64,000 nucleotides of DNA from the human T2T-CHM13v2.0 reference genome, Homo sapiens: assembly GCF_009914755.1 (NCBI RefSeq), contig NC_060928.1; one strand, written 5' to 3'. The notes beneath the pieces were generated by a model. It saw only the letters and a program-made list of their open reading frames with translations, was not told where the DNA came from and did not search any database. Shown here piece by piece: positions 63,640 to 64,000 of this stretch. The translations under genes were made by a program, and so were the position numbers. The stretch's first letter is position 1; the number at the start of each line of letters is the position of its first letter.

Positions 63640-63663
63640 AAAAAAAAAAAAAAAAAAAAAAAA
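63640..63663. repeat. A24/T24 mononucleotide run forming the polypyrimidine tract of the CBR4 exon
   Basis: 24 consecutive A on plus, 7 nt from the exon boundary. Confidence 0.95.
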
Positions 63664-64000
63664 GCGTATTAAATTCAATTAATGGGGTTACTTGAAAATT
63701 TAGATAATTTATAGTAAACAAAAAGGTAAAACCCACTTCACCTTGTCCTTTGTTAAAATTAGAAATTCTAACCATTGTCATCAGTCATTTACGGAAGATT
63801 TAAGAGTCCAAGTCTGCTCCAGATACATACAGAAAATAGCATCTGAAAGCAGCTGATACAAAACTGCCAATGCAGGTGCTTGCGAATTGATTCACTACGT
63901 GAAGGGGATGCACTCTAATCTCTGAGTAGGTCAGATATGATGAAAATTCTGTGGTATTTATAAAGGCTTCCAGCAGGTAGAGGTTAAAGCCAGAAAAAGT

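Noticed and set aside
63493-63678. [23 protein letters not shown]... as a stand-alone gene
   Set aside because: It is the CBR4 exon read through its intronic T-tract and donor site

Overview
Primate (human-like) genomic DNA, mostly transposon-derived. The only protein-coding gene is the 3' end of CBR4 (carbonyl reductase 4, SDR family) on the minus strand. It shows a 135-nt internal exon with the catalytic YxxxK motif (63632-63498), the last coding exon (51754-51576) and a probable ~2.5-kb 3' UTR ending near 49015. From memory this is the human 4q32 interval between CBR4 and PALLD, but no PALLD exon is visible here. Positions 1-48 kb are layered dead elements: L1PA7-like, L1PB-like and L1PA15/16-like LINE-1s, more than 20 Alus, MaLR/THE1/MER9/LTR7 solo LTRs, an ERVL pol remnant, DNA transposons (MER5, Charlie4a, MER2, half MADE1), L2 and MIR. 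Nearly all ORF-track ORFs are fragments of these repeats or their antisense frames. I found no convincing new biological system. The best leads are a solo HERV-H LTR7 with an expanded U3 array, co-oriented downstream of CBR4; an unexplained ~250-bp direct duplication in the last CBR4 intron; a T24 tract at the acceptor of the in-frame catalytic exon; a tight inverted Alu pair beside the last-exon acceptor; and several unusual retrotransposition or repair scars. Subfamily names were recognised by eye and are approximate.
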